DNA from: Somniosus microcephalus
Taxonomy: Eukaryota
DNA: 64,000 bases
NCBI GenBank assembly: GCA_052327205.1
Contig: JBMRGM010000036.1
Span: forward strand, 71,672,001-71,736,000
Reading direction: 5' to 3'
A program made the translations under genes and the position numbers. Under the pieces are notes generated by a model. The model ran no database searches and was not told where the DNA came from. It worked only from the letters and a program-made list of their open reading frames with translations. Positions 24,091 through 36,342 of this stretch are shown piece by piece. Position 1 is the first letter of the stretch, and the number at the start of each line of letters is the position of its first letter.

Positions 24091-24179
24091 AATTGGAGCT
24101 GTCATGACCCCCTCCTGTGCAGTGCTGCTCCAAGCTCACTCACTCCTGTCTCCTGGTACAGCTGACTGCGTGAGCTAAT

Positions 24180-24720
24180 TTACATACAAACATACAAACA
24201 ATGACAGACAGGTAAAGACCCCCTGGTCCACCCTGCCTGTCCCACACAGTCACTATGCCTTGTCTATCACAACATCTACACTCCCCACCCGAGACCATGT
24301 GATCTCCCGGGAGAGGCAAAAACACAGTTAAAAACCCAGGACAATTTGGGGGGAAATATCTGGGAAATTCCTCTCCGACCCAGCTAGGCGATGGAAACTA
24401 GTCCAGGAGATCACTCTGGTCCTGAACTCCCTGCAGTTCCCCACCTTCTGTAAGAGGTGATCTCCGCCCCAGCCAGAAACAAATCCAGCTCTCGCCTGAA
24501 GGAATTCAGCGAATCGGCGTCCGCCACACGAGAGGGCAGCCTGTCCCACTATTCTCTGGGAAAAGAACCACCTCCTGACATCTAACCCAGATCTGGCCTT
24601 ACACAACTTCAAACTGTGACCCCTGATCCTCCCCAACCTGTTTAATTGGAACAAACTGTCAACTGGTACCTTCATCATCTTATAAACCTCAATCAGATCA
24701 TCCCTAAGTCTACGCTTCTG
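24180..24720 (-). mobile_element. CR1 LINE 3' end (distinct subfamily)
   Basis: RRLRDDLIEVYKMMK...RIRGHSLKL...RRWFFSQRIV; tgtatgtttgtatgt tail. Confidence 0.8.
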
Positions 24721-25221
24721 TAAAGCAGTCTGACTGTTTCCTCATTCCCTGTTCTTAATCGCTTACTGTTTCTTGATAACCTTGTACTTGTCAAGGTTGA
24801 CACAAAAGGCACCTGAACTGAGAGGATATTTAAATAGTTTAAAAATAGGAATTTGATTGAACTCCTAGCTCGGAGGAGAGGTGGGGGGGGGAGTGATCCA
24901 TCTCGCTGCTAGCACTGGTGTTACCACAGTCCCTGGGGCTGGGCTGGGAGTGCAAGGCAGCGAGCGCGCTCCCCTCTGTTTCTGTATATTATTATACGGG
25001 GGATGGGAGCAGACAGCGAGGAGCGGGCAGAAGCCCATTTCGCATGCAGCTCCTTTAACTACAGACTAATCTGTGTTTTCAAGCGTGGTGAAGCATCAAG
25101 TTTGTGCTGTCACAGTCGCGCACAGATCAAAGCATTCTGTTGCCAGACATAGCAGCAGACAGGAAAAAAATATCTTTTAACCCTTGCGTCCCCGATTGCT
25201 GTTTTATAGCCATAAACAGTC

Positions 25222-27440
25222 ATTGGTGGAAGGTTTAGAGGGGATTTGAGGGGAAATTTCTTCACCCAGAGGGTGGTGGGGGTCTGGAACTCACTGCCTG
25301 AGAGGGTGGTAGAGGCAGGAACCCTCATCACATTTAAAAAGTACTTGGATGTGCACTTGGGATGCTGTAACCTGCAGGGCTACGGACCAAGAGCTGGGAA
25401 GTGGGATTAGGCCGGATAGCTCTTTGTTGGTCGGCGCGGACACGATGGGCCGAAATGGCCTCCTTCCGTGCTGTAACTTTCTGTGATTGAAACCGTAGAA
25501 ATTTACAGCATGGAAGGAGGCCAATCTTTGCCTAGCTCTTTGCCAAAAGAATCCAAAACTATTCCCTCTGCCCCGCTACTCCCCTTAACGCTGTGACTTC
25601 ATCTGTCCCACATATCTGCCCACAAATCCCCTGGCGTACGCTCGTCACATTATAAAAAGGACATAGAGGCACAGGAGAAGGGTGCAACAAAGATTGGCAC
25701 CTGAACTGGGAAGATATAACAGGCTGGGGCTCTTTTCTCTAGAAAGGAGAAGGCTGAGGGGTGACCTGATTGAGGTCTTTAAGATTGTGAAGGGGTTTGA
25801 TAGATAGAGGATAGAGTTATACAGCACTGAAAGAGGCCCTTCAGCCCATCGTGCCCGCGCCGGCCATCAAGCCCTGTCTATTCTAATCCCATTTTCCAGC
25901 ACTTGGTCCGTAGCCTTGTATGCTATGGCGTTTCAAGTGCTCATCTAAATGCTTCTTGAATGTTGTGAGGGTTCCTGCCTCTACCACCCTTTCAGGCAGT
26001 GAGTTCCAGATTCCAACCACCCTCTGGGTGAAAAAGTTTTTCCTCAAATTCCCTCTAAACCTCCTGCCCCTTACCTTGAAACTATGTCCCCTGGTTATTG
26101 ACCCCTCTACTAAGGGGAAAAGTTCCTTTCTATCTACCCTATCTATCCTATCTATTGATAGGGTAGACGTAGTGAAAGCGTCTCTGCATATTTCAGCAAG
26201 GTGAGAGAGAGAAACCAGGAAATGACAGACCTGTTAGTCTAACATCTGTTGTGGGGAAGTTATTGGAACCTATGATTAAGGACAGTGGCATATTTGGATT
26301 TTCAGAAGGCATTCGATGAGGTGCCACACAAGAGGTTATTAAAATAAATTAGGGCTCATGCGATTGGGGGTAATACACTAGCATGGATTGAGGATTGGTT
26401 AACGGACAGAAAACAGAGAGTAGGAACAAACGGGTCATTTTCAGGTTGGCAGGCTGTAACTAGCGGGGTGCCGCAAGGATCAGTGCTTGGGCCTCAGCTA
26501 TTCACAATCTACATCAATCATCTGGATGAGGGGACCATCACCCAGAGAGTGGTGAACCTGTGGAATTCTCTGCCACACAGGGCAGTTGAGGCCAATTCAT
26601 TAAATATATTCAAGCAGGAGTTGGATATATTTCTTGAGGCTAAAGGGATCAAGGGATATGGGGAGAAGGCAGGGACAGGGTACTGAATTTGGATGATCAG
26701 CCATGATCTCATTGAATGGCGGAGCAGGCTCGAGGGGCCGAATGGCCTACTCCTGCTCCTATCTTCTATGTTTCTATGGCCCCTAGTTCTAGACTCTCCA
26801 GCCAGGGGAAACAGCCTCTCAGCATCTATTACGAGGAGAGATTACATGCACTAGGCTTGTATTCTCTGGAATATAGAAGGTTAAGGGGTGATTTGATGAC
26901 AGTTTTTAGGATTTTGGAAGGAAGTGATGGGGTAGATAGAGCGAATTTTTTTTCCGCTGGTGGGGGAGTCTAGGACATGACCTTAAAATCAGAGCCAGGC
27001 CACTCAGGAGAGAAGTTAGGAAACACATCTTCACACAAAGGGTGGTGGAAGAGTGGAACTCTCTCCCACTAAAAGCAATAGATGCTAGCTCAATTCATCA
27101 TTTTAAATTTGAGATCGATATATTTTTGCTCGACAAGGGTATAAAAGAATATATAGCTACGGCAGGTGAATGGAGTTAAGATACAGATCAGCCATGATCT
27201 CACTGAATGACGGGACAGCCTCGAGGGGCTGACTGGCCAACTCCTGTTCCGATGGGGAAGACCAAAATTATGGGCCATGAATATGAGATAGTCACTAATA
27301 AATCCAATAAGGAATTCAAGAGAAACTTCTTTACCCAGAGAGTGGTGAGAATGTGGAACTCGCTCCCACAGGGAGTGGTTGAGGTGAATAGTGTAGAGGA
27401 GGGTAGTGTGGAACATAAACACCGGCATTGACCAGTTCAG
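25222..27440. mobile_element. Cluster of at least six nested or abutting CR1 fragments, mostly plus; minus insert at ~25805-26155
   Basis: Repeated FFTQRVV.VWNSLP ends, [20 protein letters not shown] motif at ~26465, tgatag duplicated around the minus insert. Confidence 0.85.
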
Positions 27441-27733
27441 CTACAAGTACATGTGCATATAGTATTCACTGTGTATAAAAAAACTAGCATTCTACAGCGC
27501 CTTTCACAACCACCGGATGTCCCAAAGCTCTTTAAAGCCAATGAATTACTTTTTGAAGTGTAGTCACTGTTGTAATGTGGGAAACATGGCAGTCAATCTA
27601 CACACAGCAAGATCCCACAAACAGCAATGTGATAATGACCAGATCATCTGTTTACGTGATGTTGATTGAGGGATAAACATTGGCCCAGGACACCGGGGAG
27701 AACTCCCCTGCTCTTCTTCAAAATAGGTCTTCT

Positions 27734-28719
27734 GCGGGAAAAATTCAGTTGTTTCCGCCTCTCGTTAGCACCTTAAGAGGGCGCTAATGGGGGGCAAAGC
27801 AACTAGCGCCCGGGCGCGGCCATGTTTGCGCCACTCGCGAAATTAACCAGACATTTTGCGGCGGTGCTAAACACTACCGCCACGATCTCCTGCGCCGGCA
27901 GATCATGACATCAGTCGAGTGCGCAACGCCCCAGTAGCGCCCCCGACCGGATAATGAGTGGCAGCCCCTGCCTTACCGCCTGCCGCTAGCAACGACAGGT
28001 TGAGGGGAGCGTTTTGCAGTCAGGAAGGGACTGGGGGAGCGCAATTTAAAGGCGACCACTTCCTGCCTTTTTTTGTTGGTGACATTTTTGCACCACGCAT
28101 TCTGAGAGAGAGAGAGAGACTTCTGGAGAGATTCTACACTGTGTGAAGGAGTTTGGGTACTGAGCAGGTTCATTTTGATTTGACCTTCCTTGTATCGATT
28201 TAGAAGAGACTGTGGGGGCTGCACTCTGAGCTCTTTCCCTGGGCCTCTCCATTGTTCTTTCCAGCAGATTTGATGGACAGGTCTCTCCAGGCCGAGATTC
28301 AAGGCTGCAATGAGCAGGGTGTGGATGGAGTGCAAAATCAACCCTTTAAGATAAAATCAGAAAAATGCTGGAGAAACTCAGCAGGTCAAGCAGCATCTGT
28401 GAAGAGAGAAACAGAGTTAACGTTTCAGGTCGATGACCTTTTGTCAGAACTGCCCTTTAAGAACTGGCCGGTGCCAGTGTGTCTGTGTTCCATTGCTGAC
28501 TGACATCACATGAGCTTCGCCAGCGCTCTGAGGTAGCGCCTCGCTCCTCGGCCTTTGCGCCTTAACACAGGTGTGAAGCGTCTGATTTAGTGCTCCAATC
28601 ACCTCCAGGGGCGATAAAAGCCAAGTTTACCGTCGGAGGTGATAATTAGCGCCAGGCGCTAAACTTTGCGCACGGCCGCTAACGGCACCCCAAACGGGGC
28701 GATACTGAATTTTCCCCCC
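27734..28719. mobile_element. Non-autonomous PIF/Harbinger-type DNA transposon, older copy
   Basis: Imperfect TIR gcgggaaaaattcag / ctgaattttcccccc, 3-bp flanks tct/ttt, subterminal tagcgcc/ggcgcta motifs; splits a SINE. Confidence 0.7.
28352..28452 (-). mobile_element. 101-bp Penelope terminal fragment carrying a mutated hammerhead motif
   Basis: Matches 36281-36380; 10-bp duplication ccctttaaga at 28342-28351 and 28453-28462; core CTGACAA instead of CTGACGA. Confidence 0.85.
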
Positions 28720-28784
28720 TTTATGTCCACCGGAGAGAGCAGACAGGGCTTCGGTTTAACTTCTCATCCGAAAGACGGCACCTC

Positions 28785-30405
28785 TGACAGTGCAGCACTC
28801 CCAGTGCTGCCCCTCCTACAGTGCAGCGCTCCCTTAGTACTGCCCCTCCTACAGTGCAGCGCTCCTCAGTACTGCCCCACCGACAGTGCGGCGCTCCCTC
28901 AGTACTGCCCCTCCGACAGTGCGGCGCTCCCTCAGTACTGCCCCTCCGACAGTGCGGCGCTCCCTCAGTACTGCCCCTCCGACAGTGCGGCGCTCCCTCA
29001 GTACTGCCCCTCCTACAGTGCAGCGCTCCTCAGTACTGCCCCACCGACAGTGCGGCGCTCCCTCAGTACTGCCCCTCCGATAGTGCGGCGCTCCTCAGTA
29101 CTGCCCCTCCGACAGTGCTGCACTCCCTCAGTACTGCCCCTCCAACAGTGCGGCGCTCCCTCGGTACTGCCCCTCTGACAGCGCAGTGCTCCCTCAGTAC
29201 TGCCCCTCCGACAATGCGGCGCTCCCTCAGTACCGCCCCTCCGACAGTGCGGCGCTCCCTCAATACTGCCCCTCCGACAGTGCGGCGCTCCCTCAGTACT
29301 GCCCCTCCGACAGTGCAGCGCTCCCTCAGTACTGCCCCTCCGACAGTGCGGCGCTCCCTCAGTACCGCCCCTCCGACAGTGCGGCGCTCCCTCAATACTG
29401 CCCCTCCGACAGTGCGGCGCTTCCTCAGTTCTGCCCCTCCGACAGTGCAGAGCTCCCTCAGTACTGCCCCTCCGACAGTGCAGCGCTCGCTCAGTACTGC
29501 CTCTGCGACAGTGCGGCGCTCCCTCAGTACCGCCCCTCCGACAGTGCAGCGCTTCCTCAGTTCTGCCCCTCCGACAGCGCAGAGCTCCCTCAGTACTGCC
29601 CCTCCGACAGTGCAGCGCTCGTTCAGTACTGCCTCTGCGACAGTGCGGCGCTCCCTCAGTACTGCCCCTCCGACAGTACGGCGCTCCCTCAGTACTGCCC
29701 CTCCGACAGTACGGCGCTCCCTCGGTACTGGCCCTCCGACAGTACAGCGCTCCCTCAGTACTTCCCCTCCGACAGTGCGGCACTCCCTCGGTACTGCCCC
29801 TCCGACAGTGCGGCGCTCCCTCAGTACTGCCCCTCCGACAGTGCGGCGCTCCCTCAGTACTGCCCCTCCGACAGTACAGCACTCCCTCGGTACTGCCCCT
29901 CCGAGAGTGCGGCACTCCCTCAGTACCGCCCCTCCGACAGTGCAGCGCTTCCTCAGTTCTGCCCCTCCGACAGCGCAGAGCTCCCTCAGTACTGCCCCTC
30001 CGACAGTGCAGCGCTCGTTCAGTACTGCCTCTGCGACAGTGCGGCGCTCCCTCAGTACTGCCCCTCCGACAGTACGGCGCTCCCTCAGTACTGCCCCTCC
30101 GACAGTACGGCGCTCCCTCGGTACTGGCCCTCCGACAGTACAGCGCTCCCTCAGTACTTCCCCTCCGACAGTGCGGCACTCCCTCGGTACTGCGGCACTC
30201 CCTCGGTACTGCCCCTCCGACAGTGCGGCGCTCCCTCAGTACTGCCCCTCCGACAGTGCGGCGCTCCCTCAGTACTGCCCCTCCGACAGTACAGCACTCC
30301 CTCGGTACTGCCCCTCCGAGAGTGCGGCACTCCCTCGGTACTGCCCCTCCGACAGTGCAGTGCTCTCTCAGTACTGCCTCTCCGACAGTGCGGCTCCTTC
30401 AGTAC
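28785..30405 (-). repeat. 33-bp SINE-derived minisatellite, ~49 copies
   Basis: Plus-strand unit cagtactgcccctccgacagtgcggcgctccct. Confidence 0.97.
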
Positions 30406-30961
30406 TGGCTCTAGGAGCGTTGGCCTAGATTTTTGTGCTCAAGTCTCTGGAGTGGGACTTGAACCCACGACCTTCTGACTCAGAGGCGAGAGTGCTCCCG
30501 ACTGAGCCACGGCTGACACTGACAGAGCTTGACCAGATGTTGGATATGTTTTCAGGTGTAGTTGAACTGTATGAAGCTTTAATGCACAAATGGAAGTGAA
30601 AAGTTCCTGAGAAAGAGCTCGGAATTGTACTAATTAGCAATTCCCTGTCCTCCCACTCTCCTGCCCCCAAAATCATCACGTTAATTCATAACAAGATGCA
30701 TGGCTGCAAAACAAAGAAAGTGTTTTTTAGCAGAACTGAGCCCAGGGGATTCGCTCCATTAAAATCACTTGATCCAAAGTTTTGTTTTTAAATTGAAAGA
30801 TCTGTGCAGTGATGAAATCTTTTGTGGTTGTGCAAAATTCTGCCCTTTTGTTGTGTCTTTCGGAGCAGTGGAACTCACGTCCGTCAATTAACAAAACAAT
30901 TCCCACCATCGCTGCTGACTGCCATTCTCCACCTCGACAACCCAAGGGAAGATTAAAATAA

Positions 30962-33900
30962 AGAAAGACTCGCATTTCTGTGGCATCCTTTCACGACCTC
31001 AGGACGTCCCAAAGCGCTTTACAGCCAATTAAGTACTTGTTTGAACTGTGGTCACTGTTGTAATGTGGGAAACGCGGCAGCCAATTTGCGCACAGCAATC
31101 TCCCACAAACAACAATGTGATAATGACCAAATCATCTGTTTTAGTGATGTTGGGTGAGGGATAAATATTGGTCCAAGACACCGGGGAGAACTCCCACTAT
31201 TCCTCTTCCAATAGTGCCATGGGATTTTTTACATCCACCCGAGAGGGCACACGGGGCCTCAGTTTAAAGTCTCATCTGAAAGACCCACCTTCGACAGTGC
31301 AGCACTCTCTCAGTACTGCCACTCCGACAGTGCGGCACTCCCTCAGTACTGCCCCACCAACAGTGCGGCGCTCCCTCAGTACTGCCCCTGCGACAGTGCG
31401 GCGCTCCCTCAGTACTGCCCCTTCGACAGTGTAGCGCACCCTCAGTACTGCCCTTCCGACAGTGCGGTGTTCCCTCAGTACTGCCCCTCCGACAGTGCGG
31501 CGCTCCCTCAGTACAGCCCCTCCAACAGTGCGCCGCTCCCTCAGTACTGCCCCTGCGACAGTGCGGCGCTCCCTCAGTACTGCCCCTTCGACAGTGTAGC
31601 GCACCCTCAGTACTGCCCTTCCGACAGTGCGGTGTTCCCTCAGTACTGCCCCTCCGACAGTGCGGCGCTCCCTCAGTACAGCCCCTCCAACAGTGCGCCG
31701 CTCCCTCAGTACTGTCCCTCCGACAGTGCGGCACTCCCTCAGTACTACCCCTCCGACAGTGCAGCGCTCCCTCCGTACTCGCCCTCTGACACTGCGCCAC
31801 TCCCTCAGTACTGCCCCTCCGACAGTGCGGCGCTCCCTCAGTACTGCCCCTCCTACAGTGCGGCGCCCACTCAGTACTGCCTCTCCGACAGTGCGGTGCT
31901 CCCTCAGTACTGCCTCTCTGACAGTGCGGCGCTCCCTCGGTACTGCCCCTCCGACAGTGAGGCGCACCCTCGGTACTGCATCTCCAACAGTGTGGCGCTC
32001 CCTCAGTACTGCTCCTCTGACAGTGCAGCATTCCCTCCGTACTGCCCCTCTGACAGTGCGGCACTCCCTCAGTACTGTCCCTCCGACAGTGCGGCGCTCC
32101 CTCCATACTGCCCCTCCGACAATGCGGCGCTCCCTCAGTACTGCCCCTCCGACAGTGCGGCACTCCCTCCGTACTGCCCATCTGACAGTGCGGTGCTCCC
32201 TCAGCACTGCCCCTCCGACAGTGCGGCGCTCCCTCAGTACTGCCCCTCCGACAGTGCGGCGCTCCCTCAGTACTGACCCTCCGACAGTGCGGCGTTCCCT
32301 CAGTGCTGCCCCTCCGACAGTGCGGCGCCCCCTCAGTACTGCCCCTCCGACAGATCGGCACTCCCTCAGTACTGCTCCTCTGACAGTGCAGCACTCCCGT
32401 AGAACTGCCCCTCCGAAAGTGCGGCGCTCCTTCAGTACTGCCCCTCCGACAATGCGGCGCTCCCTCAGTACTGTCCCTCCGACAGTGCAGCGCTCCCTCA
32501 GTACTACCCCTTCGACAGTGTGGCGCTCCCTCTGTACAGCCCCTCCGACAGTGCGGCTCTCCCTCAGTACTACCCCTCTGACAGTGCGGCGCTCCCTCAG
32601 TACTGCCCCTCCGACAATGCGGCTCTCCCTCAGTACTGCCCCTCCGACTGTGCGCCGATCCCTCAGTACTGCCCCTCCGACAGTGCGGTGCTCCCTCAGT
32701 ACAGCACCTCCGACAGTGCGCCGCTCCCTCAGTACTGCTCCTCTGACAGTGCAGCACTCCCGTACAACTGCCCCTCCGAAAGTGCGGCGCTCCCTCAGTA
32801 CTGCCCCTCCGACAGTGCAGCGCTCCCTCAGCACTGGCCCTCCGACACTGCCCCACTCCCTCAGTACTGCCCCTCCGACAGTGCGGCGCTCCCTCCGTAC
32901 TGCCACTCCAACAATGCGGCGCTCCCTCAGTACTGTCCCTCCGACAGTGCGGTGCTCCCTCAGTACTGCCCCTCCGACAGTGCCGCGCTCCCTCGGTACT
33001 GCCTCTCCGACAGTGTGGCGCTCCCTCAGTACTGCTCCTCTGACAGTGCGACACTCCCTCAGTATTGACCCTCCGACAGTGCGGCACTCCCTCAGTACTG
33101 CCCCTCCAACAGTGCGCCGCTCCGTCAGTACTGTCCCTCCGACAGTGCGGCACTCCCTCAGTACTACCCTTCCGACAGTGCAGCACTCCCTCCGTACTCG
33201 CCCTCCGACACTGCGCCACTCCCTCAGTACTGCCCCTCCGACAGTGCGGCGCTCCCTCAGTACTGCCCCTCCTACAGTGCGGCGCCCACTCAGTACTGCC
33301 TCTCTGACAATGCGGTGCTCCCTCAGTACTGCCCCTCTGACAGTGCGGCGCTCCCTCGGTACTGCCCCTCCGATAGTGCGGCGCTCCCTCGGTACTGCCC
33401 CTCCGACAGTGAGGCGCACCCTCGGTACTGCATCTCCAACAGTGTGGCGCTCCCTCAGTACTGCTCCTCTGACGGTGCAGCATTCCCTCCGTACTGCTCC
33501 TCTGACAGTGCGGCACTCCCTCAGTACTGTCCCTCCGACAGTGCGGCGCTCCCTCCATACTGCCCCTCCGACAATGCGGCGCTCCCTCAGTACTGCCCCT
33601 CCGACAGTGCGGCACTCCCTCCGTACTGCCCATCTGACAGTGCGGTGCTCCCTCAGCACTGCCCCTCCGACAGTGCGGCGCTCCCTCAGTACTGCCCCTC
33701 CGACAATGCGGCGCTCCCTCAGTACTGCACCTCTGACAGTGCGGCGCTCCCTTAGTACTGCCCCTCCGACAATGCGGCGCTCCCTCAGTACTGCCCCTCC
33801 GACAGTGTGGCACTGCCTCAGTACTGCCCCTCCGACAGTACGGCGCTCCCTCAGTACTGCCCCTCCGACAGTGCGGCGCTCCCTCGGTACTTCTCCTCTG

Positions 33901-34936
33901 ACCGTGCAGCACTCCCTCAGTACTGTCCCTCTGACAGTGCGACGCTCCCTCAGTACTGCTCCTCTGACAGTGCGGCGCTCCCTCAGTACTGCCCCTCTGA
34001 CAGTGCGGCGCTCCCTCAGTACTGCCCCTCCGACAGTGCGGCGCTCCCTCTGTACTGCACCTCTGACTGTGCGCCGATCCCTCAGTACTGCCCCTCCAAC
34101 AGTGCGGCACTCCCTCAGTACTGTCCCTCTGACAGTGCGCCGCTCCATCAGTACTGCCCCTCCGACAGTGCAGCACTCCCTCAGTACTGCCCCTCCGACA
34201 GTGCGCCGCTCCCTCAGTACTGTCCCTCCGACAGTGCGGCGCTCCCTCAGTGCTGCCCCTCCAGCAGTGCAGCGCTCCCTTGGTACTGCCCCTCCGACAG
34301 TGCGGCGCTCCCTCAGTACTGCCCCTCTGACAGTGCGGCGCTCCCTCAGTACTGCCCCTCCGACAGTGCAGCGCTCCCTCAGTACTGCCCCTCCGACAGT
34401 GCAACGCTTCCTCAGTACCGCCCCTCCGACAGTGCGACGCTCCCTCAGTACTGCTCCTCTGACAGTGCGGCGCTCCCTCAGTACCGCCCCTCCGACATTG
34501 CGACGCTCCCTCAGTACTGCCCCTCCGACAGTGCGGCGCTCCCTCAGTACTGCCCCTCCGACAGTGCGGCGCTCCCTCAGTACCGCCCCTCCGACAGTGC
34601 GACGCTCCCTCAGTACCGCCCCTCCGACAGTGCGACGCTCCCTCAGTACTGCCCCTCCGACAGTGCGGCACTCCCTCAGTACTGCCCCTCCGACAGTGCA
34701 GAGCTCCCTCAGTACTGCCCCTCCGACAGTGCAACGCTCCCTCAGTACTGCCCCTCCGACAGTGCGGTGCTCCCTCAGTACTGCCTCTCCGACAGTGCGA
34801 CGCTCCCTCAGTACTGCCCCTCCGACAGTGCGACGCTCTCTCAGTACTGCTCCTCTGACAGTGCGGTGCTCCCTCAGTACTGCCCCTCCGACAGTGCAGC
34901 ACTCCCATAGTACTGCACTGCAGTGTCAGCCTAGAA
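30962..34936 (-). mobile_element. SacSINE1-like DeuSINE, head truncated, with a 3.6-kb 33-bp array
   Basis: Tail and core at 30962-31290; cagtgtcagcctaga at 34921. Confidence 0.88.
31291..34915 (-). repeat. 33-bp SINE-derived minisatellite, ~110 copies
   Basis: Same unit, more diverged, with internal block duplications. Confidence 0.97.
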
Positions 34937-34962
34937 TCTCTGGGACAATGGCGCATCTGCAC

Positions 34963-35154
34963 TGATGTAAGAAAACTACTAGGCACTTGGTCTAAGCTTT
35001 AAACAAAGCTTTAATCAACTGTTTTACAAGATGGAGGTGTAGTTGTGTCCTTCACTAGTTCCTGTTAAGAATGCCCTGCGCAAGCTGGGCCCGTGCCCGA
35101 GTATTTATACTCTCCCTGGACAGCGCCACCCGTAGACCGCTCAGTATTATTTCA
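34963..35154 (-). repeat. Possible solo LTR of another Gypsy family
   Basis: TGATGTAA...TTATTTCA termini, TATAAATA and ATTAAA on minus, ~190 bp; no TSD found. Confidence 0.45.
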
Positions 35155-35414
35155 TAAGTCTTTCTTTCATGAATGACTGCTTCATGTAATGCACTATCTT
35201 GCTCCTTTCTGGTGTCTTTGTCTCCATGCTCCCATCATGCTGCCCCTTTAAGGCTCCTGCCTCTTGCACCCTCTCGTTCTCTTGCCCCCTCCTGCTCCCA
35301 GGGATGTCCGACTCCCCGTCTTTCTTTTGAGTACTTACACTTACCCCGCTCCCACTCTCGCCTCCTGTCCCCCCGCAGACACCAGATTCTTTAGGGAGTG
35401 CCGAGCCGTATTAT

Positions 35415-35632
35415 GTGTCCTGGCCAATATTTATCTTTGAATCAACATCACTAAAACAGATAATCTAGTCATCACATTGCTGTCTGTGGGAGCTTGCTGT
35501 GCGCAAATTGGCTGCTGCGTTTCCTACATTACAACAGTGACTATACTTCAAAAGTACTTCATTGGCTGTAAAGCGCTTTGAGACGTCCGGTGGTCGTGAA
35601 AGGCGCTGTAGAAATGCAAGCCTTTCTATTTT
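35415..35632 (+). mobile_element. DeuSINE 3' half
   Basis: gtgtcctggccaatatttatc...aaaggcgctgtagaaatgcaag. Confidence 0.85.
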
Positions 35633-36342
35633 TTTGACTGTGCCCTCGACCGGTGCTGCCCGCTGCTGTTTTGAGCTTTACCACCGTTCTTGTTGTGTTT
35701 TCCACCATCTCCATCCTGCTCCACAATTTTCTGCCTCTTCCTGCACTCTTTTCTCCTTCCATTCACCAGCTGTGTCCTCCGCCTGCTCCGCTCCTCCGGC
35801 CGCTCCACTCACACCTCCTTCTCCATCTCCTCGTTACTCAAGGGACTTCCTTTTGCCTCACACTCACAGCGGGCGGGACCTTTGTGACACACCCCACAGC
35901 TCTCCACCTTGCAGCTCCGAGCGATGACTGGATAATCTGTTCACTGGCTCACTTCCTTCCTGTTCTGGAGCCGGTGGTGGCAGCCACCTTTGTTGTGCCG
36001 AATTCCTGATTGATCACGAGATGTCTATAGTTGAGCCTGCTCCATCAGAAGTCATCTCACGGTGCCCTTATCGCAGTGCGTGGAGATAGACTCAGCCTCT
36101 CTATTGGATCTGAGGTGGTGGTCCCACAGCTACAGCAATAGTGGGAGACAGTAGCTGTCCAGACATAGACTGGGGAGTGTATGTGAGGGGGCTTAAATGA
36201 GGAGGGGATTTATAAGGTAAATTTCTTACCTATTGTTGGAACACCATCAATGCAAAACAACTTGTATTTATATAGAAATATAAAAACAGAAAATGCTGGA
36301 GATACTCAGCAGGTCAGGCAGCATCTGTGAAGAGAGAAACAG

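Larger units (their letters stand above)
27485..30521 (-). mobile_element. SacSINE1-like DeuSINE inflated to ~3 kb by a MITE and a 33-bp array
   Basis: Head gtcagccgtggctcagtcggg..gggttcaagtccc near 30518, core resuming on both sides of 27734-28719, tail near 27490. Confidence 0.88.

Noticed and set aside
30450-30521. tRNA gene (A and B boxes)
   Set aside because: tRNA-derived SINE head continuing into the SINE body; the same applies at 21803, 46505 and 1040-1080
28821-34986. Mucin-like 535-1240 aa ORFs (TVRRSLSTAPP etc.)
   Set aside because: Products of the 33-bp SINE-internal array; open on both strands and embedded in SINE bodies
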